Positions 1-12,726 of a stretch of DNA of 64,000 nucleotides are shown one piece after another. Location: contig NW_015170319.1 of assembly GCF_001447785.1 (NCBI RefSeq), positions 194,178 through 258,177 of the forward strand, in the 5' to 3' direction. The DNA is from Gekko japonicus. Taxonomy: Eukaryota. The translations under genes and the position numbers were made by a program. The stretch's first letter is position 1; the number at the start of each line of letters is the position of its first letter. The notes below the pieces were generated by a model. That model had not been told where the DNA came from. It saw only the letters and a list, made by a program, of their open reading frames with translations, and did no database searches.

Positions 1-820
1 ACCTGTCTATTTGCTTTGTATATGACACAATTTTCATGCTGTTTTGCTACATTTACAGCAACGAAAAGGAAATTGCTTAAATCAAGCAGCTATATTAATA
101 AACTTGCACAGGATCATGACCAATTATATATAAACATAGATATGGCACTGAGCCTTGCTAGCAGGTAGAAACATTGAATCCAGGAGCTGAGGCCAGCCCA
201 AATCCAGAGATCACCTGAGTACACACTGATCTTGCTGCCATGAGAGTAACTGCAGCTGCCATTGAGCATGCTTATGCCAAACTAGGCCATAACCCAGTAT
301 AACCTCTTGCAAAATTATGACAAAATTAGGGCAGAACATATGTAGAGGAGAAACAGTAACTGAGAATGGGTGATGAGAATGGGGAACAGTTGGAAGACAA
401 GGAGAGGAAAAGGCCTTCCTTACAAGAAGATCAGGCAGGAGAGAAAGGATGATTGACACCATACCAAGTCTTTCAGCCAGGCGTGTTGTGTTAGAGTTGC
501 TAAAAAACTGCATGACATCAGACCTTTCCACAGTATGCATCAGTGACATTAATGTACTCAAAAACGACTAGATAATGGATTGAATTCAGCTAATGGCTGC
601 TATAGAATGCCACTGGTAACCCAGTCCACACCAAGGTCATTGGTGTATCTGGTTGTAGAAGAATAATGTTGCTGCAATAGGGAAATCATTCTGGCTCACT
701 GTGGCATAGCTTCAGAAATATGGCAATCAGACAGTGAATATAAAAGGTTGCTCAATGGCTTCAGTGAAGCAATGTATGGAAAAGGGGACTCCAGCTGATT
801 AAAGGTGCAAGCAAAGAATG

Positions 821-1212
821 TAGGCTTGCCAGGTCCCTCCTGGCAACTGGCAGGGGATGGGGAGGAGACTTACCCGGAGCAGCAAGGAGGCCCATCCAAC
901 CTACAGCAACATGTCTACATCACTGGCCATGTTTTCTGGAAGTGACACTTCACTTCTGGGATGCCAGGGTGACACTCTGGTATTTGTGCAAAAACTCTAT
1001 GATAAATTTGATTTTCATCATAGAGTTTTTGCCCAAATACCAGAGCATCACCCCTGATGTCCCAGAAGTGATGTGTCATTTCTGGGTCATGTGGGATGCA
1101 TATAGACACATTGCTGCACCTAGGTAAGTCCCCCCCCCACTGGCCAGCTGATCAGCAGTGGGAGGCCTGGAATGGAGGGACCCCTGCCTTCACTGGAGAT
1201 CTGACAATCCTA
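821..1212. mobile_element. hAT-family non-autonomous MITE
   Basis: Degenerate TIRs (TAGGCTTGCCAG...CTGACAATCCTA), exact 8-bp TSD AAAGAATG, and an internal inverted repeat. Confidence 0.8.
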
Positions 1213-1992
1213 AAAGAATGTGTTATATGGAAAAACATACAAATAGAAAGGTGCTGTTGAATAGCATTTTCCCAAGCATATGTAACCTTCTTTGCTCTTT
1301 CTATATCCTGAAAATTCCAGTTTGCATTTATTATAGAATTAGAGTTCTAGGCCTCATGATAGGTTAGAAAATATAATGGTTTGTGCAGAACATATGCAAG
1401 TACAGTGCAATCCTAAACAGAGTTGTATCCTTTAAAGCCTATTAACTTCAACAGACTCAAAAGGGTGTAACTCTGTTTAAGATGGCACCGGTCATGAAAA
1501 TGGCTTTCAGGTTTAAGACAAAACCCGGCCAAAGCTGAGTGAAGTCATTCAGATGATTAGATTGTGCCATGCATTAACTATACCCAACTGCATGTGTAAT
1601 CTTCTCAGCTTCATGCAGGATTTCTCATGGCACATAAGACCCTATGCACATATGTTTTGTATACAAGTAGGGACTGCACACAAAATTAAATGAATATAGA
1701 GGATGTTGCTTGCAAATACAGTTCTGCTCTCGCTCTCTCATATGCATGATCACTATACCTGCTTAGGTGGTCTACTCTGTAAAGCATGGATCAGAAAATT
1801 TAGGTAATATCTTCTCCTGTATGTACTCTACCAGCCATCAAAAATGGCTAAACTCTTACTTCATGACATTTGAAAATAAGATTCATACATATGAGAATAT
1901 GGACTTTTTAGAGCAGTGGCATCTGACTTTTTCGAGAGGGGAGAGAGAGAGAGTGGCTCCACCTGCCCGCTCAGACTGTGCAATAATAGAGA

Positions 1993-3437
1993 ATGAGATT
2001 CCTGTTCACCTGCACCCTGCTCATCATTGCCCAAGACTCCCAGTGGAACCACTCCCAAAATGTCTGGATCAGTCTTGCACAATGCCTAAATCTCAGCAAA
2101 TTTTGTATTCACAGCAGCTCAAATGTCCATGACCTGTTTACATCCTGCCTCTGGGGAGTCCCAGTAAGCCTGAAAGAACCAGAGACTAATCCACCCAGCT
2201 TGACGGACCATCACGGTCCAACCCTCGACTCCAACCCAGAATGGGGCAACCGGGTCCAGCTATTCATCAAAAATATGTTTGCTGTCAAAGTTGCCAAAGT
2301 CAGGCCTGCTGACCTCTGCCTGTTTTTCAAAGGATGTACATCTACCTGCCTCAATGTTAGATTATGAATGGGAGTTTGAGCACCTGTTATTATATTTTAA
2401 TATGTAGTATATGTTTTAAACTGTTTTGTATATATTGTTTTATCATGGCAAGTTGTTCTTGCCTCTGTGAGCCGCCCTGAGCCCACTGGGGAGGGCGGGG
2501 TATAAGTATGAAAATAAAAATAAATAAATAAAATAAATAAATAAATAAACCATCAACTCGAGTGTAACCTGGCAGAATCCACTCCGTATTATGCCCGGCA
2601 CACTACACTCTCCAGAGGATGGTTCCTGTTCTGTGGACTAGTTGTTTATCTTTATGTGACTGGTGGCATCCTGGGTGGCCTTTGTTCTTATGACCACCTA
2701 ACAACCTTCCTGATTCCTTGAAAAACTACAACTGCCCTTTCCCGCTCTAAGCGCAGCTACGCTGAGATCGATGAAAAATGTGACCCTTCAGTGAGATTAT
2801 TTTCCAACAGAATCTACTGCCCTGGCCGCCTCTCTGGTCGGGGTCCCTGCCTTGGCTGCTATCAACTCTGAGAACTTCGATGCCCTTGCTTGCAGACTGA
2901 CCTATCTGACGAATGATATTTCCCAGGTTTTAGAGAGTATCCTGGCAGAACTGCATGATACTGAAAAGGCTACCATCCAGAATAGAATGGCTATAGACTG
3001 CCTGCTGCTTAAGGCAGGACATAACTGTGCTGAATTTGAGTGCATGTGTTAGTTGAACCTGATTGATCATTTAGTCTTTATTTAATGAAACATCAAGAAT
3101 ATCTAAAATATTTTAAAAGGAATTATACCCTCTCATGGGTGGGGGGGATTGGTTTGAGAGTTGGTTCATTGGTTTGGGATTTACTGTTTATACTGTTTTA
3201 ATGCCTGTTCTGGTGAAAAATTTATTGATCTTTTGGATTTGTTTCTGCATACAATGTACACCCACCATAATAGCTTGTTCTGCTTCTGCAGTCCCCAGAA
3301 CCCCCAGCTCAAGAGTTGAACAAATGATGACGGTTGCCAGGTATTGGGCTAAGAATCCTGAGTACTCAGTTCCAGTGAACACTGCTCTTGATGGTGGCAA
3401 TGAGCCTTCGGGTGGTCATTTCACCAATAGGGGGGAT
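1993..3437 (+). pseudogene. env: Endogenous retrovirus env remnant (ASLV-like SU/TM) with stops and frameshifts
   Basis: Signal-peptide-like start and SU motifs NVWISLAQ..FC..FTSCLWGVP and GWFLFCG..GGLCSYDHLT. Furin site RSKR at 2743-2754, a Cys-bounded internal fusion peptide, ISD IQNRMAIDCLLLKAGHNC, a CX6C[C->stop] motif and a hydrophobic TM segment. Confidence 0.85.
2271..2550 (+). mobile_element. LINE (probably L2) 3' fragment inserted into env
   Basis: Contains GAGCCGCCCTGAGCCC..GGGAGGGCGGGTATAA followed by a (TAAA)n tail; candidate TSD CATCAA. Confidence 0.6.
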
Positions 3438-3881
3438 TGTAGGACAAGGGAAAAATGAATGTGATTTCTGAATGTGGGGTCTGACATTTCCTCTGACAAA
3501 AAGAGGGACTGGCTTCACAAAGGTCAGAAAGGTTCTCAGTGTTCCTTAATGTTCCATTACTCTGAAGGGCAGATAAGCAAATGTAATTACCGACACCACC
3601 GAGAGATGCACTGAGTCAGATTATACTTGTATGATGTTAACTACTTGGTACCAATTAGAAACTCTTCAATGTGTAAGCTATATGTGATGTCATTTGGGGT
3701 ACAAGACCTTCTGCCCTTCCTGGTTATGGCAGAATACAGTTTTGGAATTGTTGAGTACAAAGGCACTCAGCTCTGTATTCCCTGTTTCAATGCATTAAAC
3801 AGATACCCATCTAACTTGTTGGACTCCGGCTGTGTGTTTTGAATTCAGCACAGGGGCACGTAGGCACAGATTTGTGCATCA
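3438..3881 (+). mobile_element. ERV 3' LTR (about 444 bp)
   Basis: Polypurine tract AGGGGGGA just before TGTAGG, TATA-like CTATAT near 3678, ATTAAA at 3794-3799, and a probable CA end at 3881. Confidence 0.7.
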
Positions 3882-6227
3882 GTACCAATGGAAGCCTGCC
3901 ATGTGTGTTTGAACGTTTCACAAAGATGACCAAGACTTCTTTAATAACTTTTTTGAGATCTCTGGACAGAGTAGGTTGAATTTTCTATTTGTTGTTGCAT
4001 TTTAGATATTCAAGAGTTAGCTTGAAATAATTGGTATTGTAACCCTCCTTGAGGATTCTGGGTCAGTTATGAGGTACACTTTAAATATGAAAATAAATAA
4101 ATACCATAATGAATGAAGTACAGCATGAGTGCTTTTCCTGCCATGAATGGAACAAAAGCAACATGCACAGAGGAAAATATAATTTCTGAAGCCGCCCTTA
4201 GCCATACTCATTGCTTAATCCATCTTCCTTCACAGCAGAACATTCTTTTTTCCTAACTCAACCAGACAACTTGAAATGATTTAAAAGATACAAGGCCAGC
4301 ATAGCTACGTTCTTTGTATGCAAACATTGGAGTATTAGAGAGCAAAACAGGAAACTGAGTGGAGACTTTGAAAAGAAACTGTCTGGAAAAGATGGAATCA
4401 ATATGCTTTTATTTCATGTATGTACACCATTCTTTGTCAAAAGAGAGTAATAATTCATCATAGGCAGAATCTTATTTGAAAAGTCTTTCCCCCCTCCTTT
4501 CTAACCACAGTGGCACTCCTCCCTGCTCGTTCTACAAATAATGCTGAGTAGATTTTCTGTCACTGGATATTGTCACTATTATTCTTTTTTTATAGAAAAG
4601 ATACAATGGTGAGGTTATAAAACAAATTGAATCACTAAATCAGTCAAAGGATGAACACAGGCTTAAAGTTAGTATCTACTCTGATCTTGCTTTTGCATTA
4701 ACTTGAAGAGAGCATTCTGTTTCTAAATCAAGGCTGTGCCATGGGCCAATGTGACTTCTTTTTCCACAGCAGAAGCCTTTGGTTAGACAAGGCTCTGCTC
4801 AATAGAGGAGGGGAAAAGAGACTGAAAGAAGCAAAGAAGAAACAGAAGATGTAGTATGTGTAGCCCCATCAGGACACTGTAGCGTTCAATGAGACAAATA
4901 TCCCCTGAGGCTGTTTTGGGTCAGGAAAGTGGAGTGGAAGGAAGGTTGAAGCCTCTTCTCCCTACATACCATGACCCCAGTCCAAATTGGGCCCCCAGCA
5001 TGTTTGGGGAGTGAGTTTGCAGCAGGGCACTCATAACTGATATGTGACTGACATTTTAAGTCAGGCTGGGGAACTCAACATGACAACATTTCAAAGATCG
5101 TAACCTGTAGATTGGCCCCTATCCACCAAGCTACACCACTTTGTTCATTTGTGTGGCATAGGTTTGAACTTTACAGCCTAACTAGAAGAAGGACAATGCA
5201 CAACTCCTCACTGCCAAAATAGCTGCACAGAGGAGAAAAATGGTGATAAACTTGATAGGAAGGGATTGTATAATTTCAATCATGGTTTTTAGTTTTACAT
5301 TTTCTGTCTTAACTACCTTGATTTTTTCTGTTGGAAAAGAAAGAGAGGGTAGAAACATTAATCAAAAATAAGCAAAACACATCTTTTGATTGCTGGTCTA
5401 GTCATGCTGGGAACCCACATTGTCCGATACTGTATTAAGAGCTGTACATTTGCTTTTGAAAATAAGATTTACTATCAGAGCCCATGTGTATTATTTTCTA
5501 AGGATTGTTACAGCTGCTGTCTGACTCTCATTTGTTAGACTGATGTCTTGCTATTTGTTCAGAAGGGTAACATAGGCACTTGAGACAAACAAAATTATTC
5601 CAGCATAAGCTTTTGCAAGTCAGAGATCACTTCATTAGCTGCATAAAGTGCGCATCCATAAGGCCAATGCATTTATATTCAAGGCTTCAAACAACAAAAA
5701 GGCAGGTGCAGGGAGAGATGATGTTACAAAGAGAAGCCTATTTAAGACATGATCCCATCAAAAGAATACTGAATCCACTCAAAGTGTGTGAGGCCCGATC
5801 CCCACTTTTGATGCACAAGTAAAGCCAAATTAATGTGAAATATGAACCAGGAGAGTGCAGGACAAAACATACAAAACATATCCAATTAAAGGTTATAGAA
5901 GTGTAGTTGAAGGGGGAAGGGGGATATGCACCTATAGAGTGAGAAATCCGAAGTCCTTGTTACCAAGGTCCTTTTGCACAAGCTGAATATTGTACTTCCA
6001 ATCCACTTTCAGTGCACTTTGCAATTGGATTTTACTGTGTGAAAGAGCAAAATCCACTTCCAAACTATCACCAAAGTGCCTTGAAGGGGAACTGAAAGTG
6101 CATTATTCAGCATGTGTGAATGTGCACCAGTGTTGAACTCCTTGATGAATTCCAGTCAGCAATTTTGCCTTGGATTCTCCCCAGTGAAGTTCTTTTGTAA
6201 AAGAATAATGACTTTTAGAGCCAAACG

Positions 6228-7533
6228 ACATAAGAACATAAGAGAAGCCAATGTTGGATCAGGCCAACGGCCCATCCAGTCCAACACTCTGTCACACAGT
6301 GGCCAAAAATACCAGATGCCATCAGGAGGTCCAGAAGTGGGGCCAGGACACTAGAAGCCCTCCCACTGTTGCCCCCCTCCAAGCACAAAGAATACAGTGC
6401 ATCACTTGCCCCAGCCTGAGAGTTCTTATCTATATCTTGTGGCCAATAGCCACTGATGGACTTCTAATGTTTATCTAATTCCCTCTTGACGCCATCCATG
6501 CTTGTAGCCGCCACCACCTCCTGTGGCAGTGAATTCCATATGTTAATAACTCTTTGGGTGAAGAAGTACTTCCTTTTATCTGTTCTAACCCAACTGCTCA
6601 GAAATTTCATTGAGTGCCCATGAGTTCTTGTATTGTGAGAAAGGGAGAAAAGCACTTCTTTCTTGACCTGCTCTGTCCCATGCATAATCTTATAAACCTC
6701 GATCATGTCACCCCTCAGCTGTCATTTCTCCAAGCTAAAGGGCCCCAAGCGTTTTAACCTTTCTTCATAGGTAAAGTGTTCCAACCCTTTTATCATTCTA
6801 GTTGCCCTTTTCTGCACTTTTTCCAATGCTATAATATCCTTTTTGAGGTGTGGTGACCAGAACTGTACACAGTACTCCAAATGTGGTCGCACCATCGGTT
6901 TATACAGGGGCATTATGATACTGGCTGATTTGTTTTCAATACCTTTCCTAATAATCCCCAGCATAGTGCTGGCCTTTTTTTATTGCAGTCACACACTGTC
7001 TCAACATTTTCATTGAGTTATCTTCTACGACTTCATTGAGTTATCTACTACGACTCTTGGTCAGTCTCTGCCAGTTCGGACCCCATCAATGTGTATTTAT
7101 AGTTAGGATTTTTGGCTCCAATGTGCATCACTTTGCACTTGGCCACACTGAACCCCATTTGCCACACTGACACCCACTCGCCCATCCTAGATAGATCCCT
7201 TTGTAGTGCCTCACAATCCTCCCTGGTTCTCACCACCCTGAACAACTTATGTCATTTGCAAATTAGGCACTTCATTGCTTACTCCCAACTCCAAATTATT
7301 AATAAACAATTTAAAAAGCTTCAGACCAAATACTGATCCCTGTGGTACCCCACTGCTTACCACCCTCCACTGAGAAAATTGCCCACTCTCTGTTTCCTAT
7401 TAATTAGCCAGTTTTTGATCCACAAAAGGACATCCTTTTATCCCATGACCATTGAGCTTACTTAGCAGCCTTTGATGAGGAACTTTATCAAAAGCTTTCT
7501 GGAAATCAAGGTAAACAATATCTGTTGGGTCCC
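6228..7533 (-). mobile_element. CR1 LINE, 3' part of ORF2 (RT C-terminus) and 3' UTR, runs into the gap
   Basis: Motifs LYKPMVRPHLEYCVQFWSPHLKKDI..LEKVQKRATRMI and KCKVMHIG; tail (TTCTTATG)n. Confidence 0.92.
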
Positions 7534-8193
7534 NNNNNNNNNNNNNNNNNNNNNNNNNNNNNNNNNNNNNNNNNNNNNNNNNNNNNNNNNNNNNNNNNNN
7601 NNNNNNNNNNNNNNNNNNNNNNNNNNNNNNNNNNNNNNNNNNNNNNNNNNNNNNNNNNNNNNNNNNNNNNNNNNNNNNNNNNNNNNNNNNNNNNNNNNNN
7701 NNNNNNNNNNNNNNNNNNNNNNNNNNNNNNNNNNNNNNNNNNNNNNNNNNNNNNNNNNNNNNNNNNNNNNNNNNNNNNNNNNNNNNNNNNNNNNNNNNNN
7801 NNNNNNNNNNNNNNNNNNNNNNNNNNNNNNNNNNNNNNNNNNNNNNNNNNNNNNNNNNNNNNNNNNNNNNNNNNNNNNNNNNNNNNNNNNNNNNNNNNNN
7901 NNNNNNNNNNNNNNNNNNNNNNNNNNNNNNNNNNNNNNNNNNNNNNNNNNNNNNNNNNNNNNNNNNNNNNNNNNNNNNNNNNNNNNNNNNNNNNNNNNNN
8001 NNNNNNNNNNNNNNNNNNNNNNNNNNNNNNNNNNNNNNNNNNNNNNNNNNNNNNNNNNNNNNNNNNNNNNNNNNNNNNNNNNNNNNNNNNNNNNNNNNNN
8101 NNNNNNNNNNNNNNNNNNNNNNNNNNNNNNNNNNNNNNNNNNNNNNNNNNNNNNNNNNNNNNNNNNNNNNNNNNNNNNNNNNNNNNNNNNNNN
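7534..8193. other. Assembly gap (others at 21141-21710, 55474-55491 and 59761-59775)
   Basis: Runs of N. Confidence 1.
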
Positions 8194-9066
8194 GAGCAAA
8201 AAAATCCTAACTATAAATACACGTTGATGGGGTCTGAACTGGCAGAGACTGACCAAGAGAGAGATCTTGGACTCGTAGTAGATAACTCAATGAAAAGGTC
8301 AAGACAGTGTGTGACTGCAATAAAAAAGGCCAATGCTATGCTGGGGATTATTAGGAAGGGAATTGAAAACAAATCAACCAGTATTATAATGCCCCTGTAT
8401 AAATCAATGGTGCGACCACATTTGGAGTACTGTGTACAGTCACCACACCTTAAAAAGGATATTATAGCATTGAAAAAAATTGCAGGAAAGGGCAACTAGA
8501 ATGATAAAAGGGTTGGAACACTTTACCTATGAAGAAAGGTTAAAACGCTTGGAGCTCTTTAGCTTGGAGAAACGACAGCTGAGGGGTGACATGATTGAGG
8601 TTTATAAGATTATGCATGAGTCAGAGCAGGTCAAGAAAGAAGTGCTTTTCTCCCTTTCTCACAATACAAGAACTCATGGGCACTCAATGAAATTGCTGAG
8701 CAGTTGGGTTAGAACAGATAAAAGGAAGTACTTCTTCACCCAAAGAGTTATTAACATATGGAATTCACTGCCACAGGAGGTGGTGGCGGCTACAAGCATG
8801 GATGGCGTCAAGAGGGAATTAGATAAACATTAGAAGTCCATCAGTGGCTATTAGCCACAAGGTATAGATAGGAACTCTCAGGCTGGAGCAAGTGATGCAC
8901 TGTATTCTTGGTGCTTGTGGGGGGCAACAGTGGAAGGGCTTCTAGTGTCCTGGCCCCACTGCTGGACCTCCTGATTGCACCTGGTATTTTTGGCCACTGT
9001 GTGACAGAGTGTTGGACTAGATGGGCCATTGGCCTGATCCAACATTGGCTTCTCTTATGTTCTTAT
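8194..9066 (+). mobile_element. CR1 LINE 3' part, inverted relative to 6228-7533
   Basis: Motifs ERDLGLVVD..KANAMLGII..RPHLEYCVQ and RLKRLELFSLEKRQLRGDMIEVYKI; tail TTATGTTCTTAT. Confidence 0.92.
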
Positions 9067-9748
9067 ATGTTATTAGACACTTTATTCCTACAAAGTGCAA
9101 GCTGGGAACGAAAACTGAATTTGCTGAGATATGGAAATCCCACCCATTCCCTAAAATTTCCCCCTCCCGCAGGATTCTACAGCTTCTTGCAGCTGCTTTC
9201 AACATTCTGTTCCTTCTGGAGGGCACATGTGTAAAAATTCAAAGTGCCACAAGCCATCACCAAAACAGGGATGTGGTGTCCTAAACTCCATAAAGATGTA
9301 AAGACTTCAGTAGTGCCTGGTATCCTATAATTATGTGGCAAGTATCTTGAATCAATCCTTTTCCTGGCAACAATAATCTAACATCTGCTGTCTCTGTCTC
9401 TAATATACTAGCCTGTAGGCACTTCTTATAGTAGAGAATGTAAGCTAGAAAGACTAGATCTAATGTATTGTTTTGTATCTGTGTATATCTCTAGGTACTG
9501 AAATGACCTATGAATGAAATCATTTATGATCTCAAACTCTAGCTTCTAAAACATAAAAGGTTGCTTTAAAATTGCACTTGAGTGTGTCTTTTGATAAGTC
9601 TACCATTTTCTATGTGGAGTCTTTGCTCTACATAATCACTGAAATCACCTCTTTTGCACCACTCTTGCAAAGTAAAGAAGCAATAAAGGTGATGAATCTG
9701 GTCTCCTAACTAATTATTTATCTTCAACGATGCATGATTACATGGTGA

Positions 9749-10704
9749 TGTTAGCCGAACTGCTTTACCTACAGCAGAGGCCAGACTAAATGTTTGGGGT
9801 CCTTTCGCCTGTGTATACAGAAGTCCAAAACCGACCCAAGGAATTTCCCAGTGGTATTAAGGAGACGAGACTAGTACCTTGAAATCAAGTTGTTCTTTTT
9901 ACTAAGTAATAATATTTGGTTCACATACATACAAAAACGGAATCACACGCACAATCATACAAGTTCCTCAGGGTTCCAAGAGTAGGAAATAGTCACTTTT
10001 ATACTAAAGGATGGGAAAGGGGAGTAGCAAATATTTATCTGATCCGAAGCTTGACCTTCTCAATGAAGAATGCAGGAATAAGACTAGAATAACTATAGGA
10101 AATCTATATGCACATGGTTGGAACCTGCCAAACATGTGTGGACCTTTGTGGCTGCAGTCCACGAGGTCAGTAAGAACAAAAAGTTACTTGTGCAGCAAGG
10201 CTGTAAGTAAATAGCTTAAGAGAGAAGATGGCTAGCGGGGTTCAAACTGTTGAACCTCACTTTATATAGGGGGGGTCTTGGGGGCTGGCATTGGTGCCAT
10301 CCTCCTTGTCCTTCCCACCTGTGGTCCGTCCCAAGAACTAACACTATTGGTTATTAAGCAATGACGTATCTACCTAGAAGGAGTGGGCGATATTTAAATC
10401 TAAACCTTTAACTCAGGGGATGCATCTGGTCAAGGTGTGAAGATGATGCCAAGGCAACCATTGATGTGTAGATGGATGTAGCCTGGTCCCAAGCCATAAA
10501 ACGACCATTTGGAAGGAAACTGTCTTTTTGGATGCAAACCAGATACCAAGGGTTACGTGTCTCCTTACAGTTCATGCATGGTGGTTGAAACCATAAAAGT
10601 TGTCGTTTGTGCTGACCCACAATGGCGATGCTTTCTTCTTCCTCAGGCTGGGGCTGTGTGAGTGCAAACCCCATTAGCATAAAGTGCAGGCAGAGCATCT
10701 CTCA
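9749..10704 (-). mobile_element. Probable solo LTR (right boundary uncertain; may extend to about 10999)
   Basis: TG...CA termini flanked by GGTGA on both sides. On the minus strand CCAAT (10350-10346), TATATAAA (10268-10261) and AGTAAA (9903-9898) occur in U3-R order. Confidence 0.5.
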
Positions 10705-11383
10705 GGTGAGGCAGTTCCAGCATTCCGAGCACACATCTTTCCCAAACCCATAGTCATAGTCACAGTCCATGGCGGTGAGTGTGTGTCAGCAAACATAAAT
10801 ACATAAAAGCAAATATTCGGTTCATCTGCTAACAATGACCTTTGAAATAACCCTAAGGTTAAAAAGATTAACCTCAAGATCACAAAGTAAATGACTCGAT
10901 GTTGTAATATCTGTGTGGGAAAACCTGACAGTTTGAGCCATGAGTGCAAATATGAGTTCTCAACAGCCGCATCCCAAGTCAAAAAAATGGTATAGAACAG
11001 AATTCCCCTATCCTGTCAGAAAATGAGTCCCAGGCTTTTGCAGTTTTATTGCTTTCTGCACCCTCTTTCTTTAAAGTGGGTCACTATAACAAGTAAACTT
11101 GGACTTGCGGTATCAAAAATGGTTAGGAACCACGGGAATAGAAAATTCCTACAATAGTTCTTATTCTCTCTATCAAGGCTGTTGTCATAAAGAGAGAAAC
11201 TCTATATCTTGCATGACTGTAGCCATGGTAAAAAATCTGGCAACTGAAGGGATGAATCAGGCTCAGTGCAAATTAAGTGGCCTTACTTTAAGAGCCTAAA
11301 TGAATCTAAAATCTGTTTGCTACTGGTATCTACCATTTTAATGGAATTTCTGATGGACAACATCTCTGAGTAGCCCCTGACTC

Positions 11384-11868
11384 TAGAGTTACCATGAGTG
11401 GGGGGGGGGGATCCTTTTCCTTTTAATAGAGGCTTAATTTGTGGGAAAAGGCAGTTGAAGCTTTTCAAGGAATGGTGGTAAATAACATAACATAACCTAG
11501 ACCGATTCCACAAAAGCAGTTGTTGTGCCCTTGGTCTCCCATTTCCCCTGCTTGCACTGCTCAGTTTCCCACTATTTGCTGCGCACCCGCATTTTGACCT
11601 GCATCTCCCCCCCCCCAATTTCCCCCATGGCTTTTTGATCCTAAAAAAATAACAATCAAGAAGATGCAGGGGAAATTGGGAGGGGGGGAGATGCAGGTGA
11701 AAATGCGGCCGTGCAGCAAATAGTGGGAAATTGAGCAGTACAACTGGGGGAAACAGGAGACCAAGGGCGAAACAACTGCTTTTGTGGAATCAGTCCTAGA
11801 AAATAATGTCCCTTTAAGCCTCTATTAAAAAGACAGAACATGTTTTCTCCAGGCTGTTGGCAACTCTA
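11384..11868. mobile_element. hAT MITE containing a nested palindromic MITE
   Basis: TIRs TAGAGTTACCA/TGGCAACTCTA and exact 8-bp TSD CCTGACTC. Confidence 0.8.
11500..11795. mobile_element. Fold-back MITE, PIF/Harbinger-like, nested in the hAT MITE
   Basis: Arms of about 125 bp are imperfect inverted repeats (GACCGATTCCACAAAAGCAGTTG / CAACTGCTTTTGTGGAATCAGTC); 3-bp TSD CTA. Confidence 0.7.
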
Positions 11869-12726
11869 CCTGACTCTGACCTAAGAAACAATTGACTATG
11901 CCTTGTCTTGCATCATTCCAAAGGAGCCCAAGATAAACTCCACAATCTACAAATGGCACTAGAGTTTATCACATCATAATAATAAGTTGGATGCTAAAAT
12001 TTCCATCTGTGTGTGGGAGAAGCATTTTTGTTGATTTCCCCACACACACACACACTATTCCTGGGGATGCACCAACCAACCCCCCAGCAGTGGCAGGCAT
12101 TTTGGGCTGCAGTGGGAGGGGGATTAAGAGGAGATGTGTTTTCATAGGCTGAAATCCTTCCTCCGTGGAAATTTTAGGTGGGTTCCAAGTCCCTGTCAAG
12201 TTATAGGATAAACTTATGGATGGGTAGACAGAACATTGTGGATAGGTAGAGACAGAACCAGACACGGATCTGGGTTTCCCACCCAGTTGTAGCCTAATGT
12301 TCTTTATAAATATTTTCCATAGGACTCTATGTACAGTGTTCTGAGCTTCTGAGAGAAATGGCACAATAGCAATGTAAGATTTTTGGAAAATGGGCAAAAA
12401 TTGGATATTTAGACGTTATAAAAATGACAGACGTTATAAAAATGTTAAGATGTATGTCAAGTCATCTTTGCTCACCAAAGAACTTGGCACAATACTCTAT
12501 TTAGTAGTATAACAAAATATCATGAAATAGTTTTGTTGTAAACTATTCCTTCATATAGCTTCATAATCTGACAGATTTTCCTCCCATTTTGACAGTGTTG
12601 TGTTTTGAAAAATATACTCTACTCACTGCTATGAAACAAAGACTTGACTATGTCATCTAAAAGCCAGGAAGGGTGGGGGGGGGAGTGGTGCTTCTGCGAG
12701 AAAACTTCACATTTGTTTGCCAAAGG

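Noticed and set aside
7462-8499. Long ORFs of 215-324 aa spanning N runs (also 21112-21994)
   Set aside because: Their length comes from assembly gaps, and the real residues are LINE fragments.
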